The notes below the pieces were generated by a model. The model searched no databases. It was not told the DNA's origin and worked only from the letters and a program-made list of their open reading frames with translations. Of a stretch of 18,320 nucleotides of DNA, positions 1 to 8,465 are shown one piece after another (position 1 is the stretch's first letter; each line of letters starts with the position of its first letter). The DNA is from Thermodesulfobacteriota bacterium (GTDB lineage: Bacteria; Desulfobacterota; Desulfobulbia; Desulfobulbales; SURF-16), in the NCBI GenBank assembly GCA_039715015.1, contig JBDLIE010000053.1, positions 1-18,320 of the forward strand. The letters are read 5' to 3'. A program made the position numbers and the translations under genes.

Positions 1-73
1 GGATAAATTTGCAGGGGGGAAGCATGAAAATGATAAACTGTCACAGATGTGCTGGGAGTTTGATGGCGCTCGA

Positions 74-910
74 TTAATCCCGGTTGCCTGTTATTGAGCT
101 GGCCGACTCGATCCACGGTTCAAAGCGTTTGCCGTATGCCAGGGTTATTTGGTAACGAGGGCCTGAGCTATCGTTATCCTCCAGGGTGTCATCCTGCAGG
201 AATTTTAAAAATATCTGGCGTTGGCCAAGGGGAACGTGGATGTTTTCTACGCTGAGACCTGAGATGCTGCCGTGATATTTTTCCTTTGCCCTGTCATTGT
301 ACACGGCTGAGGCTGTTACCTGGCCAGGGCCAATGAGGAAATGGGAAGTGTCTGGATATTTTTGCCGGAGTCTTTCCGGATCAAGTCCGGCATCAACGGC
401 AAAGAGCCGAGACTCAATAAGACGCTCTTTCCTCAGCCGTTCCCGGGCCCATTTTATTTCTTGTTCATCAGCCTCTGTTTTAGCTTCTTCCTGCTCAAGA
501 TACAGTTGAGCCCTGCTCCGAGCTTCTTGATATGCCTTGCCGTCAAGCTCAAGGACAATAAAGGCCTTTTTGGGCAACGGCCGTCGGACAAAGTCCTCTT
601 CTGCAAGCTCCTTGTCGCTAAAACCAAGCTCCCTTAGCTTCTCCTCATTAAACCAGGCAGGCGATCCCCAACCTGAATAGGAATCACTTTTCTTATCTCT
701 GCCCAGGGTGCGCCATTCAAGGGCAAGACTCAGGCCGCTGTTTTCCTCTTGGAGCCGGTAAGGGAGGGAGAGTTCGCGTTCAGTAAGGTTTATGAGTGAT
801 TGCGGCTCGCCGCCCCTGTTATAAGCGGCACCCGCGAGCACAAAAGCGTTGGTGGCCAAGAGAAGGGCAAGGGCAGTCAGAAAGAGATGGCGGGAAGAGG
901 GGAATTTCAT
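74..910 (-). CDS. Membrane-anchored/exported protein of unknown function, DUF4824-like
   Basis: 278-aa ORF; N-terminal hydrophobic segment followed by YNRGGEPQSLINLTERELSLPY, SRLFAVDAG and C-terminal YGKRFEPWI, recognised from memory as DUF4824-type motifs. SD GGAGGT upstream; start overlaps the stop of the upstream gene (ATGA, 907-910). Confidence 0.75.
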   Translation of the reverse strand: MKFPSSRHLFLTALALLLATNAFVLAGAAYNRGGEPQSLINLTERELSLPYRLQEENSGLSLALEWRTLGRDKKSDSYSGWGSPAWFNEEKLRELGFSDKELAEEDFVRRPLPKKAFIVLELDGKAYQEARSRAQLYLEQEEAKTEADEQEIKWARERLRKERLIESRLFAVDAGLDPERLRQKYPDTSHFLIGPGQVTASAVYNDRAKEKYHGSISGLSVENIHVPLGQRQIFLKFLQDDTLEDNDSSGPRYQITLAYGKRFEPWIESASSITGNRD

Positions 911-1986
911 GCTGCCACCTCCTCTGTTTGGACCGGGCTGGGATTACGAAGCCGTTTTAAGATTAACAGCATCAGCATGGCAGTGAGGCCAATGACCAGA
1001 AAGAAGAGATATTTCGGCATCCACTTCCACCACCAGTCATAAAACTTGGTGTAGAGGAAAATGGTAAAGAAGACATTGCCTGTATTGACGAGGTCCGGCC
1101 AGTTTCTGCGGATACCAAACCAGATAGCGGCGGCGCTCACAACAAAGCCTGCCACCTGATAGATTATTTCCACCGCATCCCGGGACAGATAAAGGTAGCT
1201 GATGGCCCCCCAGTTTGAGAGGATCAAGACTGGGATAAAAAAGAGGAGCATGGCAAAGACCCGGTAGATTGGCTGAAAGCCGCTGAACCGATGGTGGGAG
1301 AAGAACATTGGGATGAGGAAAAGGAGTAGGGCTGCCGGGAAAAAGTTTTCCGGTCTTTCGCCAAAATGAATCCAGTAACAGCCGGACCAGGTGCCCATCT
1401 GGGCCGACAGGTAACCGGCAAAACAAATGATTCCTGCCGCCAGCAGCAGACGGGCATCGGAGGCATATGCCAATAAAAAGGCAAATAGGGCCCAGACGAG
1501 GAAGGCATTTGGAGAGGGGCTAATGTTGAATATCTGGCCGTACATGACAAGGTTAAGAACAAAACAGGCCAAGGTGACAAGGCCAAGGAGTTTGGTGAAA
1601 TAGCCTGTTTTTTCGCGTTGAAAGGCAAACACGGTGCCTGCCAGAGCAAGAAGGGGGGCCACGGTCAGGATGACAACCTGGAGTGTGGTGGAAAATCTGC
1701 CCCAGAACTGATAGAAGAGAAAAAAGATACTGGCTGCCAGGCCAAGAGCTCCAAGAAAGGAAGCGATCTTCATGCCCAGGCTGAGTTGTTTTTCCCGGTG
1801 ACTGGCATCAATGTCATATGTAGAGGCAAGCTTGCCAAGCAGGGCTTTATGGTAGCCACCAACTGCCGAACGTTGACCTTGATCCAGAATGAGGACCTCT
1901 TCCTGTTCCAGGATATCAAGCTCCGCTGCAAACAGGTTGATCTGATCGGCCCGGTGCTGGGCGCCATCCTTAGAATTTATCTGCAT
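907..1986 (-). CDS. Polytopic membrane protein, DUF2157-like
   Basis: ORF 907..2043 in the track. Start moved to ATG 1986 (MQINSKDG) because it follows GGAGGAAAA. About 10 hydrophobic segments; FLGALGLAASIFFLF..W, MYGQIFNI and FLVWALFA motifs are typical of DUF2157 proteins. Confidence 0.75.
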   Translation of the reverse strand: MQINSKDGAQHRADQINLFAAELDILEQEEVLILDQGQRSAVGGYHKALLGKLASTYDIDASHREKQLSLGMKIASFLGALGLAASIFFLFYQFWGRFSTTLQVVILTVAPLLALAGTVFAFQREKTGYFTKLLGLVTLACFVLNLVMYGQIFNISPSPNAFLVWALFAFLLAYASDARLLLAAGIICFAGYLSAQMGTWSGCYWIHFGERPENFFPAALLLFLIPMFFSHHRFSGFQPIYRVFAMLLFFIPVLILSNWGAISYLYLSRDAVEIIYQVAGFVVSAAAIWFGIRRNWPDLVNTGNVFFTIFLYTKFYDWWWKWMPKYLFFLVIGLTAMLMLLILKRLRNPSPVQTEEVAA

Positions 1987-2148
1987 TTTTCCTCCACTAA
2001 TCTTTTTGCGTCGGAGCCCGGCCAGAAAGGGTGACCATGGCAAAGGCTGAGAATAAAGATCTTAAAAAGCTGCCTGAAGAGCCCACAAGGAGTCGCCAGA
2101 GTATGCTGTTGCATAATATTTTTGGTGTCAAGAACGACACCCGGGGCG

Positions 2149-3786
2149 TTACCCTTGGAATTTTTCTGCGGTGGGGTAGCGCCTGCCAAAGCCGAAGGCC
2201 TTGCTGGTTACCTTGAGGCCCAGGGCCGCCTGCTTGCGCTTGTACTCATTGATTTTAATGCGCCGCACCACATCACGGACAATCTCTGCACTGAAACCAA
2301 GGCTGACGATTTCGGCAATGGACCTATGCTCCTCAAGGTAGGCGGTGAGGATGGGGTCGAGCATCTCGTAGGGGGGCAGGTCGTCCTGGTCGCTCTGGTC
2401 CGGAGCCAGCTCTGCGCTGGGTGGCTTGGCGATGGTGTTGGCTGGGATGATCTCTTTTTCACTATTCACATATCTGGAAAGTTCATAGACCAGCATTTTG
2501 GGTACATCTGAAATCACCGCCAAAGCACCACTCATGTCGCCGTACAGGGTGCAGTAGCCCACGGCCAACTCACTTTTGTTGCCGGTGGTGAGCAGCAAAG
2601 ACTGGTATTTGTTGGCCAAGGCCATGAGCAGGACGCTACGGATGCGGGCCTGGATGTTCTGTTCGGTGACATCCTCGCTATAACCTTCAAAAAGAGGGGC
2701 CAGGTTTGACTTGAAGGATTCAAAGATATCGCTGATGGGCAGGAGCTCAAAGCGGATGCCCAGGTTGGCGGCCAGGGCACGGGCATCATCAATGGAGCCT
2801 TGGGATGAGTAGGGCGAGGGCAGGCCCACACCCATGACATTTTCGGGCCCCAGGGCTTTACAGGCCAGGGCGCAGGTCAAGGCTGAATCAACACCGCCGC
2901 TGAGGCCGACCAGGGCCTTGGAGAAGCCACATTTTCGGACATAGTCCCGGGTGCCCATCACCAGGGCGTCATGGACGGCTGCCACCTCGTTTGCTTGAGG
3001 GCAGGCAACAGGGGCAAGGCAGCCGGTGTCAATGAGGAGCATGTCGTCGGCAAAGGCTTTGGCCTGGGAACAGAGCTTCCCTTGGCCGTCCAGGACAAAG
3101 CTTGCCCCATCAAAGAGAATGGAGTCTTGTCCCCCCACCTGGTTGCAGTAAAGAAGAGGGGTCCCGTATTTGCGGCTGATGGCGCTAAAGGCCTTTTGGC
3201 GCAGGTGCTGTTTGCCCATGGTAAAGGGCGAGGCGGCGATATTAATGAGCAGGTCCAGGTCGTGCTGGGCATTAAGCTCAGCCACCGGATCAGTGCCATA
3301 AAGTTGCTCAGGGAAGGCATCTATATCGTTAAAGAGGTCCTCACAGATGGTGATTCCCAGCTTCAGTCCATCCAGGGCAAAGAATTGACTTGATGAACCG
3401 GGCTGAAAATAGCGGCTCTCATCAAAGACATCGTAGGTGGGCAGCAGTCTTTTATGACTGGCATGGAGGATTTTCCCGCCTCTAAAGAGCAGGGCCGTGT
3501 TATGGAGGGGCTTACCGTTTTTCTCCAGACAGGGGGTGATGACCCCGCACAGGACGGCAATGCCTTGAATGTCACTGATAAGCCGGTCCAGATGACTATT
3601 TTGCTCCTTTAAAAAGGAGGGGTGCTCCAGATAGTCCAGGGGAGGGTAAGCGCAGAGGGCAAGTTCCGGGAAGATGGCAAGCTGGGCGCCCATCTCTGTG
3701 GCGCGTTCGGCTTCACGCCGGATGATATCGGCATTGCCGCTGAAATCACCAATGATGGGGTTAATCTGGATGAGTGCTATTTTCAT
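2149..3786 (-). CDS. nadE: Glutamine-dependent NAD+ synthetase (nitrilase/glutaminase + synthetase domains)
   Basis: Glutaminase triad E-K-C ([31 protein letters not shown]); synthetase motifs [33 protein letters not shown]. Start set at ATG 3786 (MKIALIQ) behind AGGAG. Confidence 0.96.
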   Translation of the reverse strand: MKIALIQINPIIGDFSGNADIIRREAERATEMGAQLAIFPELALCAYPPLDYLEHPSFLKEQNSHLDRLISDIQGIAVLCGVITPCLEKNGKPLHNTALLFRGGKILHASHKRLLPTYDVFDESRYFQPGSSSQFFALDGLKLGITICEDLFNDIDAFPEQLYGTDPVAELNAQHDLDLLINIAASPFTMGKQHLRQKAFSAISRKYGTPLLYCNQVGGQDSILFDGASFVLDGQGKLCSQAKAFADDMLLIDTGCLAPVACPQANEVAAVHDALVMGTRDYVRKCGFSKALVGLSGGVDSALTCALACKALGPENVMGVGLPSPYSSQGSIDDARALAANLGIRFELLPISDIFESFKSNLAPLFEGYSEDVTEQNIQARIRSVLLMALANKYQSLLLTTGNKSELAVGYCTLYGDMSGALAVISDVPKMLVYELSRYVNSEKEIIPANTIAKPPSAELAPDQSDQDDLPPYEMLDPILTAYLEEHRSIAEIVSLGFSAEIVRDVVRRIKINEYKRKQAALGLKVTSKAFGFGRRYPTAEKFQG

Positions 3787-3839
3787 AGAAGCTCCTAATA
3801 ATACATATTCCATTCCTGTCGATATCCAGGGGCTTTTGA

Positions 3840-3867
3840 CTTATAGCATCATAATTGATCCGGGCAA
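3840..3867 (-). promoter_or_regulatory. Putative sigma70 promoter of nadE
   Basis: Minus strand TTGCCC-N16-TATAAG with extended -10 TG, about 55 nt upstream of the nadE start. Motif match by eye only. Confidence 0.4.
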
Positions 3868-3929
3868 ACAATTTCCCATTCTTAAATGCCCAGCCAAATG
3901 CGAAAAACGAGTTGAAAACACCAAGCGTG

Positions 3930-4035
3930 TAACTGTACTGCAGTGCTTCAGATGTATTCAAGCAGGCCTGTGAAGAATAGCTTACCTATCTGAGCAGGTC
4001 TGGTCGGACACAGGTGGGGTGCTGCTGTACAGTTA
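3930..4035. repeat. 106-nt imperfect inverted repeat / rod-like hairpin (MITE/ERIC-like element or structured RNA)
   Basis: TAACTGTAC...GTACAGTTA ends. Pairing stays in one register (i+j=7965) for 47 positions: 32 Watson-Crick, 7 G-U on the + strand, 8 mismatches. Confidence 0.8.
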
Positions 4036-4201
4036 TTTCCCTTTTTTCTTGCCAGATCAAGGCCTTCCCGGTTAGTTTGAAAGTATGATTTTATCCTGCC
4101 GGCAAGGTGAAGCCATCAGCGGTTTGAAGCATCTGGCCCCATCTTGGGAGATCCTGTAACCTGCAGAAATTATTCCATTTTTTAGGATATGTTCACCCTC
4201 T

Positions 4202-5530
4202 ATGACGCCGTCCCCCAAATTTTTCGTTCTAGACACCAACGTCCTTCTCCACAATGCCGAGGCATTGTACTCCTTTGGCGATAATGCCGTTGTCTTGCCC
4301 ATGACCGTTATTGAGGAGCTTGACAAGTTCAAGTCCCGCAGTGATGAATTGGGGCGTAATGCCCGTATGGTGGTCCGCCAGCTCGATACCCTTCGTCAAA
4401 TGGGCCATCTCGATGAAGGGGTGGAGATGGAAAACGGCGGTTCGGTGATGATTGTCCTTGAGCATGAGACCTCAAAGCATCCCAGCCTTAATCTGTCTGT
4501 TCCCGATAATCGTATTCTGGCCGTGGCCTATACCCTGTTGCATCAGAAAAAAAAGGTTATCTTTGTTTCCAAGGATATTAATGCCCGTCTCAAGGCAGAT
4601 GCCCTGGGACTCGAAGTCCAGGATTTTGAAAAGCAGAAGGTTAATTTTGATGAACTCTTTGCCGGCTACCGGGAGATAGATGTCCCTGGAGCTCTGCTCG
4701 AAGGTTTCTTCCAGGCTGAGGAGTTGCCCGTTGAGGGCTTTGATTTCTACCCTAACGAGTTCATCCTTTTAAAAGACGAGGCCGACCCCAAACATACTGC
4801 CCTGGTAAAGGCCCGCTCGGCCACCAATCTCGCCCGTCTTAATAAACAGTATGATAGCGCCTGGCAGATTCGTTCCCGCAGCAAGGAGCAGCGTATGGCC
4901 TTGGAGCTTCTTCTTGATCCGAAGGTGGAGATTGTTACCCTGGTGGGACAGGCCGGTACCGGTAAAACCCTGTTGGCCCTTGCCGCTGCCCTGGAGACCA
5001 CCATTGCCCTGGAACGCTATGATAAGATTCTGGTGAGTAGGCCCATTATCCCCCTGGGCAAGGACCTTGGTTATATGCCGGGCGATAAGGAAGAAAAGCT
5101 GCGCCACTGGATGCAGCCCATTTTCGACAACCTCACCTATATCCTTGGCGACCACCACTCGAAATCTACGGAAAAGGAAGAGGAGTCGGTTCGCAAAAAA
5201 GCGGAACAATTGCTCAAGGATCATATCATTGAGATGGAAGCCCTCACCTATATCCGCGGCCGTTCCATCTCCAATCAGTATGTGATTATTGACGAGGCCC
5301 AGAACCTCACCCCCCATGAGGTGAAGACCATTGTCAGTCGGGCCGGTGAGGGGACCAAGATGGTGCTTACCGGTGATCCCTATCAAATTGACAACCCCTA
5401 TCTCGACTCTTCCAGTAACGGTTTGACCTATACGGTGGAGAGGTTGAAAGAGTTGCCGGTCCATGGCCATATCACCCTGCGCAAGAGTGAGCGGAGCCAG
5501 CTGGCTGGAGTGGCTGCTGATTATTTATAG
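4202..5530 (+). CDS. PIN domain-PhoH family ATPase fusion (PhoH2/YlaK type)
   Basis: PIN motifs FVLDTNVLLH, VIEELDKFK, DNRIL, SKDINAR; PhoH motifs GQAGTGKT (Walker A), LGYMPGD, YIRGRS, IIDEAQN, GDPYQID. Confidence 0.93.
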   Translation: MTPSPKFFVLDTNVLLHNAEALYSFGDNAVVLPMTVIEELDKFKSRSDELGRNARMVVRQLDTLRQMGHLDEGVEMENGGSVMIVLEHETSKHPSLNLSVPDNRILAVAYTLLHQKKKVIFVSKDINARLKADALGLEVQDFEKQKVNFDELFAGYREIDVPGALLEGFFQAEELPVEGFDFYPNEFILLKDEADPKHTALVKARSATNLARLNKQYDSAWQIRSRSKEQRMALELLLDPKVEIVTLVGQAGTGKTLLALAAALETTIALERYDKILVSRPIIPLGKDLGYMPGDKEEKLRHWMQPIFDNLTYILGDHHSKSTEKEEESVRKKAEQLLKDHIIEMEALTYIRGRSISNQYVIIDEAQNLTPHEVKTIVSRAGEGTKMVLTGDPYQIDNPYLDSSSNGLTYTVERLKELPVHGHITLRKSERSQLAGVAADYL

Positions 5531-5623
5531 AATGGATTGTTGTCTGGGCCGGAGGCGCTCTGTGTCAGCCCTGTGGCCTGAAGCAGCTTTAAAAGCTGAA
5601 ATGTAAAAAAATGGAGTAACAGC

Positions 5624-6694
5624 TTGAAATTCGAACCGAAATGGATTGCCTGGGAGATCACCAGACGCTGCAATCTGAAATGTGTCCATTGTCGCTCTTC
5701 ATCCACTTTGGAGGTTGAGGGGCACCCTGATTTTTCCTTTAGCGAGGCCACCCGTGTTATTGACGATATCACCTCCTACGCCAAGCCTGTAGTGGTGCTC
5801 TCCGGCGGTGAACCCCTTCTCCGCGAAGATGTTTTTGATATTGCCACATACGGAACCAGCAAAGGGTTGCGGATGTGTCTCGCCACCAATGGCCTTCTGG
5901 TCAACCAGGAGGTTTGCGACAAGATCAAGGAGAGTGGCATCAAGATGGTTTCCCTCTCCTTGGACGGTTCCACTGCCGAGGTTCATGATGATTTTCGCAA
6001 CCAGCCCGGTGCCTTTGACGGCATGATGAATGCCGCCCGTCTCTTTAAGGAAAATGGAATTCCCTTCCTGATCAATTCCTCTTTTACCAAGCGTAATAAG
6101 GATGAGGTGCCCAAGGTCTATGAGCTTGCCAAGAAACTGGGCGCCACTGCCTGGTACATGTTCATGATTGTTCCCACCGGCCGCGGTGAGGATATCATGG
6201 AAGAGCTGGTTCCCCAGGAGATGTATGATGAGCTTCTGGAATGGCATTATGAGATGGAGAAAAATGAGGATGATCTCCTGGTTCGGCCCACCTGTGCTCC
6301 CAGCTATTACCGGGTATTGCTCCAGAAGAAGAAGGAGAGCGGCGACGAGTTTGAGCGCCGGAGCCTGAAATTCTCCACCGGTGGTTCCAAGGGCTGTCTA
6401 GCCGGTCAGGTCATCTGTCTTATTGATGTGGATGGCAATGTCCTGCCCTGTAGCTATTTCCCCAAGTTTGCCGGCAATGTCCGAGAGCAGACTTTCCAGG
6501 ATATCTGGGAGAACTCAAAGCTCTTCCTCGACATGCGCGACTTCAAGGCCTATAAGGGCCGCTGTGGCAAATGCGAATATGTTGGGGTGTGCGGCGGCTG
6601 CCGGGCCCGGGCCTATGCCATGAACGGTGATTACATGGCTGAAGAGCCTTTTTGCAATTATGTGCCGCGTAATTACACCCCGGATGATGAATAA
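5624..6694 (+). CDS. ahbD: Radical SAM/SPASM protein, AhbD/NirJ family (probable heme b synthase / coproheme decarboxylase)
   Basis: TTG start behind [21 protein letters not shown] (CxxxCxxC), SGGEP, RPTCAP, SPASM cysteines [24 protein letters not shown]..CxHCR resembles AhbD rather than AhbC; adjacent to hemE/hemH. Confidence 0.72.
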   Translation: MKFEPKWIAWEITRRCNLKCVHCRSSSTLEVEGHPDFSFSEATRVIDDITSYAKPVVVLSGGEPLLREDVFDIATYGTSKGLRMCLATNGLLVNQEVCDKIKESGIKMVSLSLDGSTAEVHDDFRNQPGAFDGMMNAARLFKENGIPFLINSSFTKRNKDEVPKVYELAKKLGATAWYMFMIVPTGRGEDIMEELVPQEMYDELLEWHYEMEKNEDDLLVRPTCAPSYYRVLLQKKKESGDEFERRSLKFSTGGSKGCLAGQVICLIDVDGNVLPCSYFPKFAGNVREQTFQDIWENSKLFLDMRDFKAYKGRCGKCEYVGVCGGCRARAYAMNGDYMAEEPFCNYVPRNYTPDDE

Positions 6695-6766
6695 CTCCAT
6701 CACCTGCCAAAACCTGACTGACAAGCGAACGTAAACCATAAACCTTAAAACCAGATATTTACCGCC

Positions 6767-7798
6767 ATGAATGATACCTTTTTGAAAGCCTGTAGAGGAG
6801 AAGACGTTTCCCATACCCCCATCTGGATCATGCGCCAGGCTGGGCGTTACCTGCCCGACTACCATAAGGTCAGGAGCCAGATGACTTTTCTTGAGCTCTG
6901 TAAGAATCCGGAAAAAGCAGCTGAGGTTACCCTGCAGCCCGTGGACATCCTCGGGGTTGATGCTGCTATCCTCTTCTCCGATATCTTGGTCACCCTGGAA
7001 GCCATGGGCATGGACCTTGACTTCAAAGAGAAGCAGGGGCCGATCCTGGCTAACCCCGTGCGCAGCCAGGCTGATCTCGATCAGCTCATCGTACCTGACC
7101 CGCTGGAGAAACTTGGTTATGTGATGGATACCATCCGTCTTCTTCGCAAGGAGCTGGCCACCAAGGTCCCTCTTATCGGCTTTTCCGGGGCGCCTTTCAC
7201 CCTTTCCACCTATGCCATTGAGGGCGGCTCTTCTAAGGCCTTTTGGAATACCAAGAAGATGATGTACACCAATCCGGATCTTTATCACGCCCTGATGCGC
7301 AAGATCACCGATTGCACCATCACCTATCTTCAGGCCCAGGCAGAAGCCGGTGCCCAGGCCCTTCAGGTCTTTGATTCCTGGGCAGGATCTCTTTCTCCTG
7401 GGGATTTTGCTGAGTTTGCTCTGCCCTATGTCCAGGATATCATCAAGGCCCTGAAACCTGCCGGCATCCCGCTTATTTATTTTGCCAACAATTGTGCAGC
7501 TCTTCTTGATCTGACCAAGACCTCCGGGGCGGATGTCCTGGGCCTGGATTGGCGGGTTGATATCCCCACGGCCATTAAGGCCTTTGGCCCTGATGTCGCC
7601 ATACAGGGCAACCTTGATCCCATTGCCCTGCTCTTACCTGAAGATAAGTTGGAAAAAAGGATAGGGGCCATCATTGAAAGAGGTAAGGCGGCCAAGGGCC
7701 ATATCTTCAACCTCGGCCATGGTATCCTGCCTGAAACACCGCCGGAGAAGGCCAAGTTTGTGGTTGATACGGTCCACCGCCTGAGTAAAAGGAGTTAA
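6767..7798 (+). CDS. hemE: Uroporphyrinogen decarboxylase
   Basis: PIWIMRQAGRYLPDY, DAAILFSDIL, LIGFSGAPFTL, QVFDSWAG, QGNLDP, IFNLGHGI. Confidence 0.97.
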   Translation: MNDTFLKACRGEDVSHTPIWIMRQAGRYLPDYHKVRSQMTFLELCKNPEKAAEVTLQPVDILGVDAAILFSDILVTLEAMGMDLDFKEKQGPILANPVRSQADLDQLIVPDPLEKLGYVMDTIRLLRKELATKVPLIGFSGAPFTLSTYAIEGGSSKAFWNTKKMMYTNPDLYHALMRKITDCTITYLQAQAEAGAQALQVFDSWAGSLSPGDFAEFALPYVQDIIKALKPAGIPLIYFANNCAALLDLTKTSGADVLGLDWRVDIPTAIKAFGPDVAIQGNLDPIALLLPEDKLEKRIGAIIERGKAAKGHIFNLGHGILPETPPEKAKFVVDTVHRLSKRS

Positions 7799-7805
7799 AG
7801 AAGTA

Positions 7806-7871
7806 AGGGAAGGTAAAGGAGCTATGGGATGGGAAACCTTCTTTGTCTTCTATGGCTCCTCTGCCTTCTTT
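7806..7871 (+). other. Long intergenic hairpin between hemE and the HD gene
   Basis: 7806-7829 pairs with 7848-7871 (24 bp, one A-C mismatch, several G-U pairs on the + strand); no clear U-tract after it. Confidence 0.65.
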
Positions 7872-7886
7872 ATACTCTCATAAAAA

Positions 7887-8465
7887 ATGATCCCCTCCAT
7901 CCCTCAATGTACCCAACTCATGGCCGATTATGCCATGCTGGCTAATATCAAGGACCACTCCTTCATGGTGGCCCGGGTGGCCTCTTTGCTGAGCAAAGAG
8001 TTGGCACGGGCCGGGGTCCAGATTGACTGTGGGCTGGCAGTGGCCGGAGCCCTGCTCCATGATATCGCCAAGACCCAATGTCTGGAGAGCAGGTGCAATC
8101 ATGCCCAGGTTGGTGTCGAGATCTGCCTGGAACTTGGATTTCCGGAGGTCGCCGATATTGTTGGGGAGCATGTTGTTCTCAGTGATTTTTCCCCTCCACA
8201 GTTATCGGCCAAAGAGGTTGTTTATTATGCCGATAAGCGGGTCAACCACGACAGGATTGTTACCTTAAAAGAGCGTCTTGAGTATATCTTGGAAAGATAC
8301 GGCCAGGGTGACCCTGCACTTATTGAGAAGATCCACGTAAACTTTGGGAAATGCTGCCAGATTGAGGATAGGATCTTTAGTTTTCTTGATTTTCAAGCCG
8401 ATCAGGTTCCTTCCCTGGTGAGGGAGTCAGCTGAGCTGGGAAGGGAATATGCAGAAGTCGGATGA
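7887..8465 (+). CDS. HD-domain (HDIG-type) metal-dependent hydrolase
   Basis: H (DHSFMV)...LLHDIAK...NHAQVG...EHV...YYADKRV ligand pattern; 3' end overlaps the hemH start by 17 nt. Confidence 0.88.
   Translation: MIPSIPQCTQLMADYAMLANIKDHSFMVARVASLLSKELARAGVQIDCGLAVAGALLHDIAKTQCLESRCNHAQVGVEICLELGFPEVADIVGEHVVLSDFSPPQLSAKEVVYYADKRVNHDRIVTLKERLEYILERYGQGDPALIEKIHVNFGKCCQIEDRIFSFLDFQADQVPSLVRESAELGREYAEVG

Noticed and set aside
24..77. 17-aa ORF MKMINCHRCAGSLMALD with CxxC at the window edge
   Set aside because: Too short and context is cut by the window; cannot be told from chance or the tail of an upstream gene.
1987..2043. Upstream start for the DUF2157-like gene (2043); likewise ATG 3813 for nadE
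   Set aside because: Downstream ATGs (1986, 3786) have proper SD sequences, and the extensions are not family-like.
2124..2141. GGTGTC-N6-GACACC hairpin after the nadE stop as a terminator
   Set aside because: On the nadE strand it is followed by an A-tract, not a U-tract; the overlapping TTGACA has no well-spaced -10.
3930..4035. SRP (4.5S) RNA, 6S RNA or NAD+ riboswitch as identity of the long hairpin
   Set aside because: No SRP CAGG..GNRA..AGCAG motif on either strand; too short and no central bubble for 6S; G-U pairing favours the strand opposite nadE.
4085..4159. 24-aa ORF (MILSCRQG...) as an antitoxin for PIN-PhoH
   Set aside because: No SD, too short, no antitoxin features.
4769..7288. 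Long minus-strand ORFs (4769..5470, 5699..6247, 6515..7288)
   Set aside because: Antisense to PIN-PhoH, ahbD and hemE; no recognisable motifs.
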